From: a virus
Lineage: Duplodnaviria > Caudoviricetes
IMG/VR virus record: IMGVR_UViG_3300010344_000850
Location: 37,711-101,710 of that record
Length of the DNA: 64,000 nt
Direction: 5' to 3' (one strand)
In this document: positions 38,430 to 48,039 of the stretch, one piece after another
Numbering within the stretch: the first letter of the stretch is position 1
Layout: the number at the start of each line of letters is the position of its first letter
Notes under the pieces: model-generated
What the model was told of the DNA's origin: nothing
Seen by the model: only the letters and a program-made list of their open reading frames with translations
Databases searched by the model: none
Translations under genes and position numbers: made by a program

Positions 38430-38807
38430 TTATTTCTTCCTCGGTTTTCTAAAAATCCACTGACTCTTCATCTCTTGAGTCTCTTTTACTGTCTCGCCTT
38501 TTTTAGAAACCTGTTTATCCTTTTTTATTTCCTTCTTTTCTTTCTCTCTCTTCTTATTCTTATAAACAAAATAAGCGTCTTCATATATCTCGTCTTTTAA
38601 CACTATTTCCTTAACTTCATTCATGTAAATATCAGTTGTTAAAATATTATACATATTTAAATAGTTTAAAAATGTAAGTTGTATTTGAGATAAATCAGTA
38701 GAGTTCTCAAATAGTCTTACTCCTATAGGCTTCTCTAAACTAAATAAGGTCTGATACTTGTTACTCTTAGCGAGTAATCTTATATAATGATAAAGATTAT
38801 CTATCAT
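38430..38807 (-). CDS. Putative tail assembly chaperone (distal)
   Basis: Position immediately before the tape measure. Confidence 0.5.
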   Translation of the reverse strand: MIDNLYHYIRLLAKSNKYQTLFSLEKPIGVRLFENSTDLSQIQLTFLNYLNMYNILTTDIYMNEVKEIVLKDEIYEDAYFVYKNKKREKEKKEIKKDKQVSKKGETVKETQEMKSQWIFRKPRKK

Positions 38808-38816
38808 AACAGCTCC

Positions 38817-39494
38817 TTACAAAGAGCCTAGTAACATTCCTACGTAAACACCTACTGTATTCGTTAAAGAAGAATCAGCTTTTTTAAACTCCTCGTAAGA
38901 TTTAAAGGCTTTCTCAAACTCGCCTTTTTCATTAGCTACAAGAGTCATAACAAAAGTTAGATATTCATATAAGAAGCCCGTAGACTGATTCTCTAAGGAA
39001 TATTCTAAAAGATTATTTTTATAAACAGTTTGTTCAATAATCTCAGAGTTAATCTTTTTAATCTCTTCTTTAAGAACTTCTAAACCTTTTTCATTAGATT
39101 CTTCTGTTAATAGCTTTCCTAACTTCTCTTGATTCCTAGATAGCTCTTCGTTGAGATTAGAGATTTTAGTATCAATTCCGTCAATATCAATCCCTCTAGT
39201 CTTATAGATTTCTTTGAGTTTCTTTTCAGGAAAGAAGATAAAATTACCGTTCTCATCCTTCTCTTGAAGAAGTTGAACATAGCGAGTAACCTTCTTTTTA
39301 TAAGCTTCGTTCTTTTGTTCAGTAGTAGGTTTTACTACCTTATAGAGCTTCCCTGAATACTCAAATTGTATCTCGTTACTGTTAATAATATTCTCAACAG
39401 TATTAAGATTCATAGCTTCTTTTACTTCTTCTTGAACCTTCTTAATAGCCTCAACATTATCCTGAGTCATATCTTTCGTACCGTCATTAGACAT
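38817..39494 (-). CDS. Putative tail assembly chaperone
   Basis: Between tail tube and tape measure; acidic, helical. Confidence 0.5.
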   Translation of the reverse strand: MSNDGTKDMTQDNVEAIKKVQEEVKEAMNLNTVENIINSNEIQFEYSGKLYKVVKPTTEQKNEAYKKKVTRYVQLLQEKDENGNFIFFPEKKLKEIYKTRGIDIDGIDTKISNLNEELSRNQEKLGKLLTEESNEKGLEVLKEEIKKINSEIIEQTVYKNNLLEYSLENQSTGFLYEYLTFVMTLVANEKGEFEKAFKSYEEFKKADSSLTNTVGVYVGMLLGSL

Positions 39495-39504
39495 AGTTTC
39501 CCCC

Positions 39505-39738
39505 TTACTTTTTATTAGTGAATTTATAAATAGATACTTCGTAACCGTGTTGGTAGGAAAGGAATAAATCCTTAAAATCTCTAAAAGATTCGTATATAAG
39601 CTCTTTTAGTTGTCCTTTAAGGGTTTCCTTATCAGGGATAGTTTCATACCTTTTAAGAACCTTACCTACTAATTTTTTTGATTCAAAATCAATAAGCTCG
39701 TCTAAATACCTACGGCTTATTTTTAATTCCTCGTTCAT
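39505..39738 (-). CDS. Hypothetical protein
   Basis: GAGGT RBS. Confidence 0.55.
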   Translation of the reverse strand: MNEELKISRRYLDELIDFESKKLVGKVLKRYETIPDKETLKGQLKELIYESFRDFKDLFLSYQHGYEVSIYKFTNKK

Positions 39739-39770
39739 ACCTTACCTCTTCTTACAAATGAAGTACTAAG

Positions 39771-39792
39771 GAGGGGCAGTTTCCTACCCCTC
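39771..39792 (-). terminator. GC-rich hairpin after the tail tube gene
   Basis: GAGGGG...CCCCTC inverted repeat; weak U-tract. Confidence 0.5.
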
Positions 39793-39815
39793 GCTCAGTT
39801 TAATTCTTTACTGTC

Positions 39816-41051
39816 TTAAGCCCAAGTATCTTCGACGCTTGAGATTTGACCTCCATCCCCCTCTACTGTCAAGTTTTGCGTCTCATAATCGTTAACCACA
39901 GTACCCTTATCAAAACTAGTAACATTAAGCCCTGTAACACGATAGCCTAATTTAAAAGTCGATTTCGTATTATCAGTATAAACCTTGATAATAAGATTAG
40001 ACCCCGTAGTAGGGAACTCTCTAACGTCAATTTTACCGTAATCAGTAGTCACTCCCCTGAGAATTTCTTCAACAGTATAAGCTTCTAAGAAACGCCCTAA
40101 AGTAGCCGTAGCGACAATATCTTTAGCCCCTCTAAGAACAACTTCTTTGTTACCGATTTCTTTATAGTCAGCTCGTTCATAAGAAACATCAAGAGAAACG
40201 CTCTGTAACCGATAAACATAGTTAGAAGTAGCTAAATAGATAGAACAACAATCAGCGGAAATTTCAGCTTCATCAGAAGTGTTCGTAGTAAACGGCTCTG
40301 AACCTGTAATATAAGTCGTAGCCGAATAAGTAGCCCGAATAACGTCTCCTACCTCAGCTCCATTAATTGTCAACGTAGTAGTTCCGTGAACATAATCATA
40401 GCCTACAGTTTCAACTAAATCTGTAGTAACTCCCGCTCTAGTACGACTAACTCGTAACATATAGTTATTTCCCGATAAATCAGGGTCAAGAACAGGGTCA
40501 GGATAATTAGCGTAATCTCCTGAACCGATAACAATGTCAAAGTCACCCGCTTCTCCGCTTTCAATAGTTTTTTGAATCTGAATCAAATATCGATTATCGC
40601 CTTGAAGAGTAATTTCATCTTCGCCTGTCAGAGAAAAATTCCTCTCTAACGAAGTATCAGGGTCACCAATATTAACAGAAAAACTCGCCACTTTCTGTTT
40701 CGGATACCACACCGTAGCTAAGAAATTTCCTGTACTCTCTTCGGTTTTATAACAAGCGATATCAGCCGTAGTAGTCTTCAAATCTTCGAAATCGACTAAA
40801 GTATTAGTGTCGGCTTTATTAGCTAACTTATTAAAAAACTCAATATTTCCGTATTCTAACTGTCTTAAAGTTAAATTAACCGTAGGGGCTGAAGCTTTCC
40901 ATCCAATCGCTCCGTCCGTTCCGATTTCTCGAATTTTCGTTCTATTCAAAGCGACCGAGGCCGACAAGTCTTGAAGCCTATCAATTTCGCTTTTTGTTCC
41001 TTCTCCCCCGTAAGGGAAAACATTAGGTTTTACGTCACTCGTGTGGATCAA
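39816..41051 (-). CDS. Major tail (tube) protein with Ig-like insert
   Basis: AAGGAGG RBS, TTG start; repeated RLQ.(L/V)S...EIG motifs; followed by a hairpin. Confidence 0.7.
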   Translation of the reverse strand: MIHTSDVKPNVFPYGGEGTKSEIDRLQDLSASVALNRTKIREIGTDGAIGWKASAPTVNLTLRQLEYGNIEFFNKLANKADTNTLVDFEDLKTTTADIACYKTEESTGNFLATVWYPKQKVASFSVNIGDPDTSLERNFSLTGEDEITLQGDNRYLIQIQKTIESGEAGDFDIVIGSGDYANYPDPVLDPDLSGNNYMLRVSRTRAGVTTDLVETVGYDYVHGTTTLTINGAEVGDVIRATYSATTYITGSEPFTTNTSDEAEISADCCSIYLATSNYVYRLQSVSLDVSYERADYKEIGNKEVVLRGAKDIVATATLGRFLEAYTVEEILRGVTTDYGKIDVREFPTTGSNLIIKVYTDNTKSTFKLGYRVTGLNVTSFDKGTVVNDYETQNLTVEGDGGQISSVEDTWA

Positions 41052-41149
41052 TTTATTCGCTCCTCCTTAGAGCTGTGTTCTTAGATTGTTTCTCTTCATA
41101 GATTCAATCTTTTTACTTTTAGATTTTAATATAATATCTGTCATACTTT

Positions 41150-41743
41150 TTAAGCTTGAGGATTTAATCCTCTCATCTTACTTAAATAATTTTTAGTTTT
41201 GTTGAATTCTTTTATTTTATGATGTAATTCTCTCATTCCTTGTTTGACAGTACTAACGCCTACTGAGATATAAGGAACAGGAGTAAAGGTTTTAGGCTCG
41301 ATTAAATGACCCTCTGTTACCGAAGCCTCCCAAACATCGCCCGCTTTATTAGTTTCCCCCGCCATCGGAGGGCCATCATTCACATATCCTATAAATCCCG
41401 TAGGGATGAATTGTTTCCCGCTAGTAGTCCTTCCATAATTCAATACATACCAATAAGGAGCTTCTTCGGTTAACTTGTCCCTGTCTCCTATACCGAATGA
41501 GATACTATTTCTATTTTCTCTATACTCTACAGTTAAAGCTCTCTCTAAACGCCCTGTAGGATTTTTAGAATTAATAGTAATAAAACTTCTCATAGCGTTT
41601 AAAGCGTTATCGGCTATAATCTGCAATTCGCTTCTAATAAATTGTTTCATTTCTTCTTGAATTTTTACTCCGTAGAAATGTAAGCCTTTTTTCATAAAGT
41701 TCTCTAATTGTTTATCTAGAGAAACCTTTACGCTGATACTCAT
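41150..41743 (-). CDS. HK97 gp10-like neck/tail completion protein
   Basis: PTGRL...APYWYVLNYG motifs. Confidence 0.65.
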   Translation of the reverse strand: MSISVKVSLDKQLENFMKKGLHFYGVKIQEEMKQFIRSELQIIADNALNAMRSFITINSKNPTGRLERALTVEYRENRNSISFGIGDRDKLTEEAPYWYVLNYGRTTSGKQFIPTGFIGYVNDGPPMAGETNKAGDVWEASVTEGHLIEPKTFTPVPYISVGVSTVKQGMRELHHKIKEFNKTKNYLSKMRGLNPQA

Positions 41744-41747
41744 TTCT

Positions 41748-42215
41748 TTATCTCCTCACATTAAAAGAGATATAATGACGAAATCTATCATGACTTTCTA
41801 CGTCTTGTCCGAACTCTACTCTAGTATTTTCAAGAAATTCAAGAATATTAACTCTTCCGTTTTGTGTTTTTACTAAAGTAATATTATCTCCTGAGTCTTT
41901 AGAAAACTCATAGTAAGGATACCCTAATTTAATTTTATTAAGAATATAATCCGATAAATCTAATCTCATTCCGTCAGAGGTAGCGAAAATGTCGACCGCT
42001 AAAGTATAAACATTTCTAATATCATAATTTCCTATTTCTTTACGGGTAGAGCCTGTTCTAAGAAGTCTAACAGCTACAACAGGAAGTTTTTCTTTATAAG
42101 CTTGAGTGAATCCTTTTACTAGAGCTACCCCGCTCCAATCCGTAGCTAAACAATCTTCTATGTAAGCAAGTGTACTTAACTCAATATTTCTGGTGTCACG
42201 AAAAATTTGGCTCAT
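41748..42215 (-). CDS. Tail terminator-like protein
   Basis: Size, position, LPVVAV...VDIFATS pattern. Confidence 0.55.
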   Translation of the reverse strand: MSQIFRDTRNIELSTLAYIEDCLATDWSGVALVKGFTQAYKEKLPVVAVRLLRTGSTRKEIGNYDIRNVYTLAVDIFATSDGMRLDLSDYILNKIKLGYPYYEFSKDSGDNITLVKTQNGRVNILEFLENTRVEFGQDVESHDRFRHYISFNVRR

Positions 42216-42610
42216 GATTGTCTATCTACCTTTACTAATGTCACACGAATAGTTTGAAAAGGTCTTTTAAGTATTCCTGCATTTCCTCCTACCCCTTCTT
42301 TATAACAAGAATATTCGTCCCCGTCTATTACAATTTTATTAGCGTTTCGGAAAAGGTCAGCGTATTTAGCTTTACAGATAACTTCTTTTCCTCCGCCTTC
42401 TACCTTCCCATATTGTTTCCAATATAGTTTCTCAGGGCTAATATCCCTAACATAGCCTTTTATTGTAATAGGATTAAGGTTTGTTTTAGTCGTATTCTGT
42501 TCATACTTATCGTAATCTTCGGCGTAGCTTGGAGTTGCCATATAGATAAAAATTTTAGTACAGAAATCGTCACTTTCTAATATTCTTACAATATCATCAT
42601 TTTCTTTCAT
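42212..42610 (-). CDS. Head closure / stopper-like protein
   Basis: Position; KIVIDGDEY beta pattern; start uncertain (track 42628). Confidence 0.5.
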   Translation of the reverse strand: MKENDDIVRILESDDFCTKIFIYMATPSYAEDYDKYEQNTTKTNLNPITIKGYVRDISPEKLYWKQYGKVEGGGKEVICKAKYADLFRNANKIVIDGDEYSCYKEGVGGNAGILKRPFQTIRVTLVKVDRQS

Positions 42611-42611
42611 A

Positions 42612-42821
42612 CTATTCTTCGTCCTCAATTTCTATAGCTTCTAAAATATCTTCCCGAAGGTTTGTCAATTCTTTTTGAACTTCTAATAGTAATCCGTGTA
42701 TTTTAGATTTTCTAAAAGGACATTTTTGTTTTTTACATTGTTCGTCTATTTCTTTTAATTCAGCTATGATAGTTAAAACATCATGAAATACTCTATTGAG
42801 TTTCTCCTCATTAAGATTCAT
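42612..42821 (-). CDS. Small helical hypothetical protein
   Basis: AAGGA RBS. Confidence 0.5.
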   Translation of the reverse strand: MNLNEEKLNRVFHDVLTIIAELKEIDEQCKKQKCPFRKSKIHGLLLEVQKELTNLREDILEAIEIEDEE

Positions 42822-42823
42822 GT

Positions 42824-43252
42824 TTAGTCCTTCTTATACATTAAAAGTACTTCATTACCTCGTCCGTTCTTAAATTGAAAATTATTATTTTTAAAAGTCT
42901 GTAAATATTTTGAATCTTTTTTAATTTTAATATATAAATCTTTTCTTTTAGCGTAAGAGAAGATTTTTAATAGATTCCCTAATACGGCTTCAGAAGAGAC
43001 TAAGAATTTAACGTATTCTCGAACCTTGTCTCCTCCCCTAGCTTCCCACAATAATATTAATCCTGATATTTCTCCATTATTCTCATCTACGTAAATACTA
43101 TTAGATGATTTCAGGAGAGCTTTAAGCGAAATATCGTCCTTGATAAATTTTCGTTCATTATTTTCAGTATAATAGAACTCTAATGAAGGATTATCTAAAA
43201 CAAATCCTAAAAGTTCTACATAGTGTTTTGTGTGATTATAATTCGTTATCAT
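42824..43252 (-). CDS. Hypothetical protein, possible GNAT-like fold
   Basis: YVDENNGEISGLILLW ... FKNNNFQF pattern. Confidence 0.35.
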   Translation of the reverse strand: MITNYNHTKHYVELLGFVLDNPSLEFYYTENNERKFIKDDISLKALLKSSNSIYVDENNGEISGLILLWEARGGDKVREYVKFLVSSEAVLGNLLKIFSYAKRKDLYIKIKKDSKYLQTFKNNNFQFKNGRGNEVLLMYKKD

Positions 43253-43276
43253 GTAATATCTTTCCGAGTATGTTAC

Positions 43277-43304
43277 AGGGAGGGAGTTTTTAAGTTCCCT
43301 CCCT
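43277..43304 (-). terminator. Hairpin after the major capsid gene
   Basis: AGGGAGGGA / TCCCTCCCT 9-bp inverted repeat; no clear U-tract. Confidence 0.55.
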
Positions 43305-43334
43305 TATAACAATTTATAACATTAACTAATTTCC

Positions 43335-44255
43335 TTAGCTTCTATTGAACTCGGAAATTGCGTACGGATTCGTCAATGCAATAGCAGCCTCTTCAAAACC
43401 CGTCACACCAACAGCAAGATAACGAGCCGTACCTGTAACCGTCACAGGGTTCGGAGAAGCGAAAATCAACCTCTCAGGCATCTCACCGTTCTGATTAATA
43501 ACTCCACCCAACGTCTTAATCGAATCCATCTTCTTACGGACAAACAACACGGGTTTCCCCATCTCCGTATCCTTACCTACAAGGAACGCCTTCGTAGAAG
43601 CGAGAACCGACGTAGAACTTCCATCAATCGTCACGGTCTGATTGACACGAATAACGTCAACGTTCAGGTCTTTAAAAGCCGACGCTAAAGAATGATATTT
43701 ATTGTCAGTCCAATCCCATAGAACAATATCCTTATCAATCGCAGTACCCGCTACAAGCGTAAAATTATCGCTATAATCCTTGATACCGTCAATCATATCA
43801 ACGAGATTCTTATAGTTAAACGTAGTAGCCCCCGACAACAGAGAGTGTTGATTAGCAGTCTGAGTACCCGCATCAAGCAACGCCGTAACCTTATAGTTTT
43901 CATAAGCGTTCATAGCCCTATTAATAGTTTGAACCTTACGACCTAACACACGTTCCTTAGCGGAAGCGAGGTCAGTAAACTTAACATAATACTCAGGCGA
44001 AGCGATATCAAAAAACGTCAAAGCAGCAGGCGTATCAGGCGTAACATTCTCCTGAGTCACAGCACCCGTAGACGTAATAACATAAACCTTATCCGTATCC
44101 TGTAAAGCATCAAAATAATACACATACTCTTCAGGGTCAGCGGTATCGGTTTCGCAAATAGCGGAAACTAAACTAGAATACGGTTTGCGAGGGTCTTTCG
44201 GCTCTCCCATAATCCTAGCTACTTCTAACTGATTATAAACTTTCTTGTCTTCCAT
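43335..44255 (-). CDS. Major capsid protein
   Basis: 306 aa after protease-scaffold; AGGAG RBS; biased codon usage; downstream hairpin. Confidence 0.75.
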   Translation of the reverse strand: MEDKKVYNQLEVARIMGEPKDPRKPYSSLVSAICETDTADPEEYVYYFDALQDTDKVYVITSTGAVTQENVTPDTPAALTFFDIASPEYYVKFTDLASAKERVLGRKVQTINRAMNAYENYKVTALLDAGTQTANQHSLLSGATTFNYKNLVDMIDGIKDYSDNFTLVAGTAIDKDIVLWDWTDNKYHSLASAFKDLNVDVIRVNQTVTIDGSSTSVLASTKAFLVGKDTEMGKPVLFVRKKMDSIKTLGGVINQNGEMPERLIFASPNPVTVTGTARYLAVGVTGFEEAAIALTNPYAISEFNRS

Positions 44256-44287
44256 TTTTATATTTCTCCTATTATTTTTATTTATAA

Positions 44288-45787
44288 TTACTTTTGAGGA
44301 AAAGCGACCGCTTGTACTTTTTTACCTAAAGCGATTCCTCTATCTTCTTCTACTTCTTCTTTTTTATCTTTATCTTCTTCAGTTTTTTCGCCTTCACCGC
44401 CTACTTCTAAACTCGATTTCTCTAATTTAGTTTGTTTCAGTTCAGCGACCTCTTTCTTAAGACGTAAAATTTCAAATTTAGCGTCTTCAAGGATTTCAGC
44501 GTCAGAAATGTCCTTAGCGAAACTTCCTAAGACATTCTTCCGTTCAATAAGAGTAGCGGTCTGTTTCTTCGCTTCCTCTACCTTAGCTGTAATCTCCTCG
44601 TCCTTCTTCTGAAGTTGAGCCTTTAAAACTTCAATCTCAGCTTTCAACGTTTTTACTTCCTCAGTCTCATTAGCTACTTCCTCAGTTTTCACTTCAGGTT
44701 TCGCTTCTTCGACCTTAGTTTCTTCCGTCTTAGCTTCTTCCTTTACTTCTTCAGTTTTAGCCTCTTCTTCGTCCTTCTTTAAATCTTCTTCAGGACTTTC
44801 AATCACATCTTCTTCGGCTTTAACGATATCTTCGGGAAGTTTCTCGGCTTTTTCAGAAGAGATAACTTCTTCTTTCTTCTCTTCCGTCATTTTCGCTTGT
44901 TCTCCTTTTTTATTATTTTGATTACTATCTACGGCTTTTACTTCTTTAATCGTCCTAGCTTGAGTCATAATACTCGCTTTAGGAGTTAAAGAAATATGAA
45001 CCTTAGCGGAACACAGAAAACATGTTCCCTTTACCGTGTTTTCTTGAAAATTGATATTATCAACATCAATAGTCCACTTCTCCTGACAGAGAGGACACGT
45101 AACCTCACCCATCAATCTCATTATTGTTTCAAAATCACTTGAATACATTCTAGCTTTTTCTAAATAAAATTCGCTACTATTATGAATAAACTTCTCAGGA
45201 GCTTTTAAAGTATTAGCTAATTCAAGATAGCGTCTATTAGTATTAGCCATATCCATTACCTCTGAGCCAGGACAAGCGGGATTTGTAGCTATCAAAAGGG
45301 CACCTCCCGCAAATTGAATATCGGCTAAGGAATAAGTTCCGTCTTCTTTAAAAGACCTAGTTCCGTAAGCTTCAAAAGATACTCTAAGTTTATTCTGTCT
45401 AAGTAAATCTTGCACAACTTCATAATCTTCTTGTAAATTACCTTTAAAGAATATTCCGTAAGCTACAATCCAATCATCCTGTAATTTAGCATCAATCCAC
45501 ACACCTACAATACGACCTCGGAGATGGTCAAAATCAATGGCTTTTCCTACAAGAGTAGTTAAAGACTTCTCAACTTCTTCTTTAGGAAGTTCACATCCGT
45601 TTAGATTAGTTCTATCAACAAAAGCGTACTTACATTTAAAAACAGCTAAATCAATAGCGGGAAGAACAATACCTCTCTTCTCAGCTATTTTCTTAAGTTC
45701 CTCGTCATCTTTTCCGCACTCTAAGAGCGAATAAGAAGAGGAGTATGTCATATCCTTCAAAAACGATTCTATAACTTTTATACTCAT
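44288..45787 (-). CDS. Prohead protease-scaffold fusion
   Basis: NLNG...AIDFDH...VSFE...NPA protease motifs; CPLC/CFLC; Glu/Lys-rich EEAKTEE repeats in the C-terminus. Confidence 0.8.
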   Translation of the reverse strand: MSIKVIESFLKDMTYSSSYSLLECGKDDEELKKIAEKRGIVLPAIDLAVFKCKYAFVDRTNLNGCELPKEEVEKSLTTLVGKAIDFDHLRGRIVGVWIDAKLQDDWIVAYGIFFKGNLQEDYEVVQDLLRQNKLRVSFEAYGTRSFKEDGTYSLADIQFAGGALLIATNPACPGSEVMDMANTNRRYLELANTLKAPEKFIHNSSEFYLEKARMYSSDFETIMRLMGEVTCPLCQEKWTIDVDNINFQENTVKGTCFLCSAKVHISLTPKASIMTQARTIKEVKAVDSNQNNKKGEQAKMTEEKKEEVISSEKAEKLPEDIVKAEEDVIESPEEDLKKDEEEAKTEEVKEEAKTEETKVEEAKPEVKTEEVANETEEVKTLKAEIEVLKAQLQKKDEEITAKVEEAKKQTATLIERKNVLGSFAKDISDAEILEDAKFEILRLKKEVAELKQTKLEKSSLEVGGEGEKTEEDKDKKEEVEEDRGIALGKKVQAVAFPQK

Positions 45788-45800
45788 TTTATTTCTCCTT

Positions 45801-46169
45801 TTATTTTGTTCGCTCGTAGGCGAATTTTCCGAATAATCTTACAGCGTAATAAATTACGTATCTTTGAACTACATTCATTCCTAAGACGGTCATAGCTTCT
45901 AGAAAAATATCATCTGACCTTTTCTGAGTATATAAATGATTAGTGTATAAATAATCGTGTAATACCGAAGCTTGATTCCCTTTTCCTGTTTTAGGTACTA
46001 TACTTTGAAAAATTTGAGGAACAGAGTAAAAATCAGTAATAAATCCTTTAGGTACATCGATATATTCTACGGAGTTTTCTTCTCCTACATAATAACGAAA
46101 CTCTCTCATTACCTCAAAAAATCCGTCATTTAAATCTTTTACGTATAAATCGTCTGTAAATGAACTCAT
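45801..46169 (-). CDS. DUF1353-family protein
   Basis: VPKGFITDFYSVP, ASVLHDYLY, SDDIFLEAM, YYAVRLFG. Confidence 0.85.
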   Translation of the reverse strand: MSSFTDDLYVKDLNDGFFEVMREFRYYVGEENSVEYIDVPKGFITDFYSVPQIFQSIVPKTGKGNQASVLHDYLYTNHLYTQKRSDDIFLEAMTVLGMNVVQRYVIYYAVRLFGKFAYERTK

Positions 46170-46171
46170 AA

Positions 46172-46438
46172 TTAGAAATTAAGAATCCCGAATTTAGTTT
46201 CTTTTTGGTCAGCGGAATTCCTTACATTACCTCCCATTTGCCCATCAACATTAAATACTGAAGGATGTACTGTTCTTTTAGGGGATAGCTTAGATTGAAT
46301 AAAATTTCCCGCTATCCACACTCCCCAAATAATAAGAACAACTAGAGAAATCCTTATTACAATAGCTAACGATTTAAAATAAGCAGTAGGGTCTACTAGC
46401 CCTGTAAAAAATTTACTCCAACTAAACTGTTCTCCCAT
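46172..46438 (-). CDS. Single-pass membrane protein (lysis accessory candidate)
   Basis: Hydrophobic IVIRISLVVLIIWGVWIAG. Confidence 0.5.
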   Translation of the reverse strand: MGEQFSWSKFFTGLVDPTAYFKSLAIVIRISLVVLIIWGVWIAGNFIQSKLSPKRTVHPSVFNVDGQMGGNVRNSADQKETKFGILNF

Positions 46439-46450
46439 GTCTATTCTCCC

Positions 46451-47011
46451 TTAAAGAATATCTAGAGCTTCTAATAAACTCTTTAAATCTCTAGTACCTT
46501 TGATTATATTTTCTTTTTGAAACTCGTTTTTTTGATTAGCTTTAATATTTTTTGTTTCGCTTAAAAACTTACGAATATTAGAGCTTATTTCTAATTTCTT
46601 TCTAGTTTCTACTTTAATATAGCTAATCATATTAAAGCTTTTTAAAAAAATCTTCTCGGCTACTGTTCCTGATATAATAGAGCAATCTTCTGTAAATTTC
46701 TTAATGTTTGACTGTATCGCAAAAAAAGTTTTATAAACGGATAAAAAAGAACCCAATACGTCTTTTGTTTTGATAAATAAAATTTTTACGGTTCCGATTA
46801 TTTGTACGAACTTATAAAATTCAAAATGTTTAGTTCCGTCGACGTTATAATATTTATAGAATTTTTTAACTTGATGACGAGGAGGACGCTTATGGCCTCC
46901 CCCTCCTTGAGCTATCTGTCCTATAACCTCAAAAAGACCGTCAAATGATACTTTAATATCATCAAACAATACGTCAGTAGCATCAAATATCTTTCTGATA
47001 AAATTAGTCAT
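46451..47011 (-). CDS. Hypothetical protein
   Basis: ORF with GGGG hinge and basic C-terminus. Confidence 0.5.
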   Translation of the reverse strand: MTNFIRKIFDATDVLFDDIKVSFDGLFEVIGQIAQGGGGHKRPPRHQVKKFYKYYNVDGTKHFEFYKFVQIIGTVKILFIKTKDVLGSFLSVYKTFFAIQSNIKKFTEDCSIISGTVAEKIFLKSFNMISYIKVETRKKLEISSNIRKFLSETKNIKANQKNEFQKENIIKGTRDLKSLLEALDIL

Positions 47012-47438
47012 TAGTATCCTTATCCATTAGAACTTCCTGAGAACTTCTATATTTATTATATCCTATACTAGTTCTTTTAAGTTCGTTAACATCTATAGAG
47101 ATAGAAGAAATAGCACTTTTAATATGAGATATCTCGTTGTTCATAGTAGCCCAGTTATAGATAAATCCACAACCATACACAACCAGAGTAACAACAATAG
47201 TTACAATAGCTTTTCTCCATCCGTCTCCCTGACGTATGTGATTTTCTATCCATTTTTCGTGAGAAGTATCTTCTTTTTTAAGAGAAAGAAGAGTTTCTTT
47301 AATCACTGCAATATCTACTGTTTGTTGAGTTATTTGATTCTTATACTCACAAGTATGATTTTTTTCTACATTTTCTACCCTTTTTATTAAATTCAACATT
47401 AAATCTTTAAAACTGTCCTCTACCTTAAACTCGCTCAT
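47004..47438 (-). CDS. Coiled-coil single-TM protein (holin-like candidate)
   Basis: AGGAG RBS; coiled coil, AIVTIVVTLVVYGCGFIY, coiled coil. Confidence 0.5.
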   Translation of the reverse strand: MSEFKVEDSFKDLMLNLIKRVENVEKNHTCEYKNQITQQTVDIAVIKETLLSLKKEDTSHEKWIENHIRQGDGWRKAIVTIVVTLVVYGCGFIYNWATMNNEISHIKSAISSISIDVNELKRTSIGYNKYRSSQEVLMDKDTND

Positions 47439-47838
47439 GAACAAATTCTCCTATACACTGAGATAATATATTTGAAAAGCCTATTTCCTTAGAAAAAATA
47501 CCTGAATACTTGTCTCCATTTATAGCTTTTTTTACTTCTTGTTCATCATGAGAAGTAATAAAATAAAGTTTAGTGTTAGGATTTTTATCTTTTTTTAATA
47601 ATCTACTCAATGTAACTCCATTAATAGGCATAACATAATTAACTAGAGCTACATCGTAATTTCCTTCGTTAAATAGTTCTATAAATTTACTAGCTACTGT
47701 AGTAGTTTCTAAAAACACATCATATTGTTTAGCTATTATTTTATATAACTCTAAGGAGTCGGAGTTGTCGTCTATAAATAAGAATTTTAATTTATTTTTT
47801 CTTCTCTCCATTTTATGCCCCTTACTTTGTTCTAACAT
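47425..47838 (-). CDS. Stand-alone CheY-like receiver domain with the phospho-acceptor Asp replaced by Asn
   Basis: LFIDD, YDVALVNYVMPING, YFITS, FSK; start may be 47811. Confidence 0.8.
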   Translation of the reverse strand: MLEQSKGHKMERRKNKLKFLFIDDNSDSLELYKIIAKQYDVFLETTTVASKFIELFNEGNYDVALVNYVMPINGVTLSRLLKKDKNPNTKLYFITSHDEQEVKKAINGDKYSGIFSKEIGFSNILSQCIGEFVHERV

Positions 47839-47843
47839 CTTTT

Positions 47844-47963
47844 TTATTCACCTAATTTAGCTATAGCTGCTTCTAACCTAGTTTTAATCGTTTGATACTC
47901 AGTCGTTATCTTAGCATATCTTTCTTCAAGTTTTTCTAAATTCTGTTCTAAAATTTCTTTCAT
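47844..47963 (-). CDS. Small coiled-coil peptide (39 aa)
   Basis: AAGGGAG RBS; MKEILEQNLEKLEERYAKITTEYQTIKTRLEAAIAKLGE. Confidence 0.55.
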   Translation of the reverse strand: MKEILEQNLEKLEERYAKITTEYQTIKTRLEAAIAKLGE

Positions 47964-48039
47964 TTTATTTTCTCCCTTAAGAAATTAGATGGAATATTGG
48001 CCTAAGTGCAGCAGAATCTGCTTGTAATTCCGTTTCTCC

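Noticed and set aside
38430-39494. Programmed frameshift between tail chaperone genes
   Set aside because: The second gene has its own AAGGAG RBS and ATG, and no clear slippery heptamer lies at the first gene's end
45801-47444. Complete lysis cassette
   Set aside because: No recognisable endolysin in the window; holin-like calls rest on hydrophobicity only
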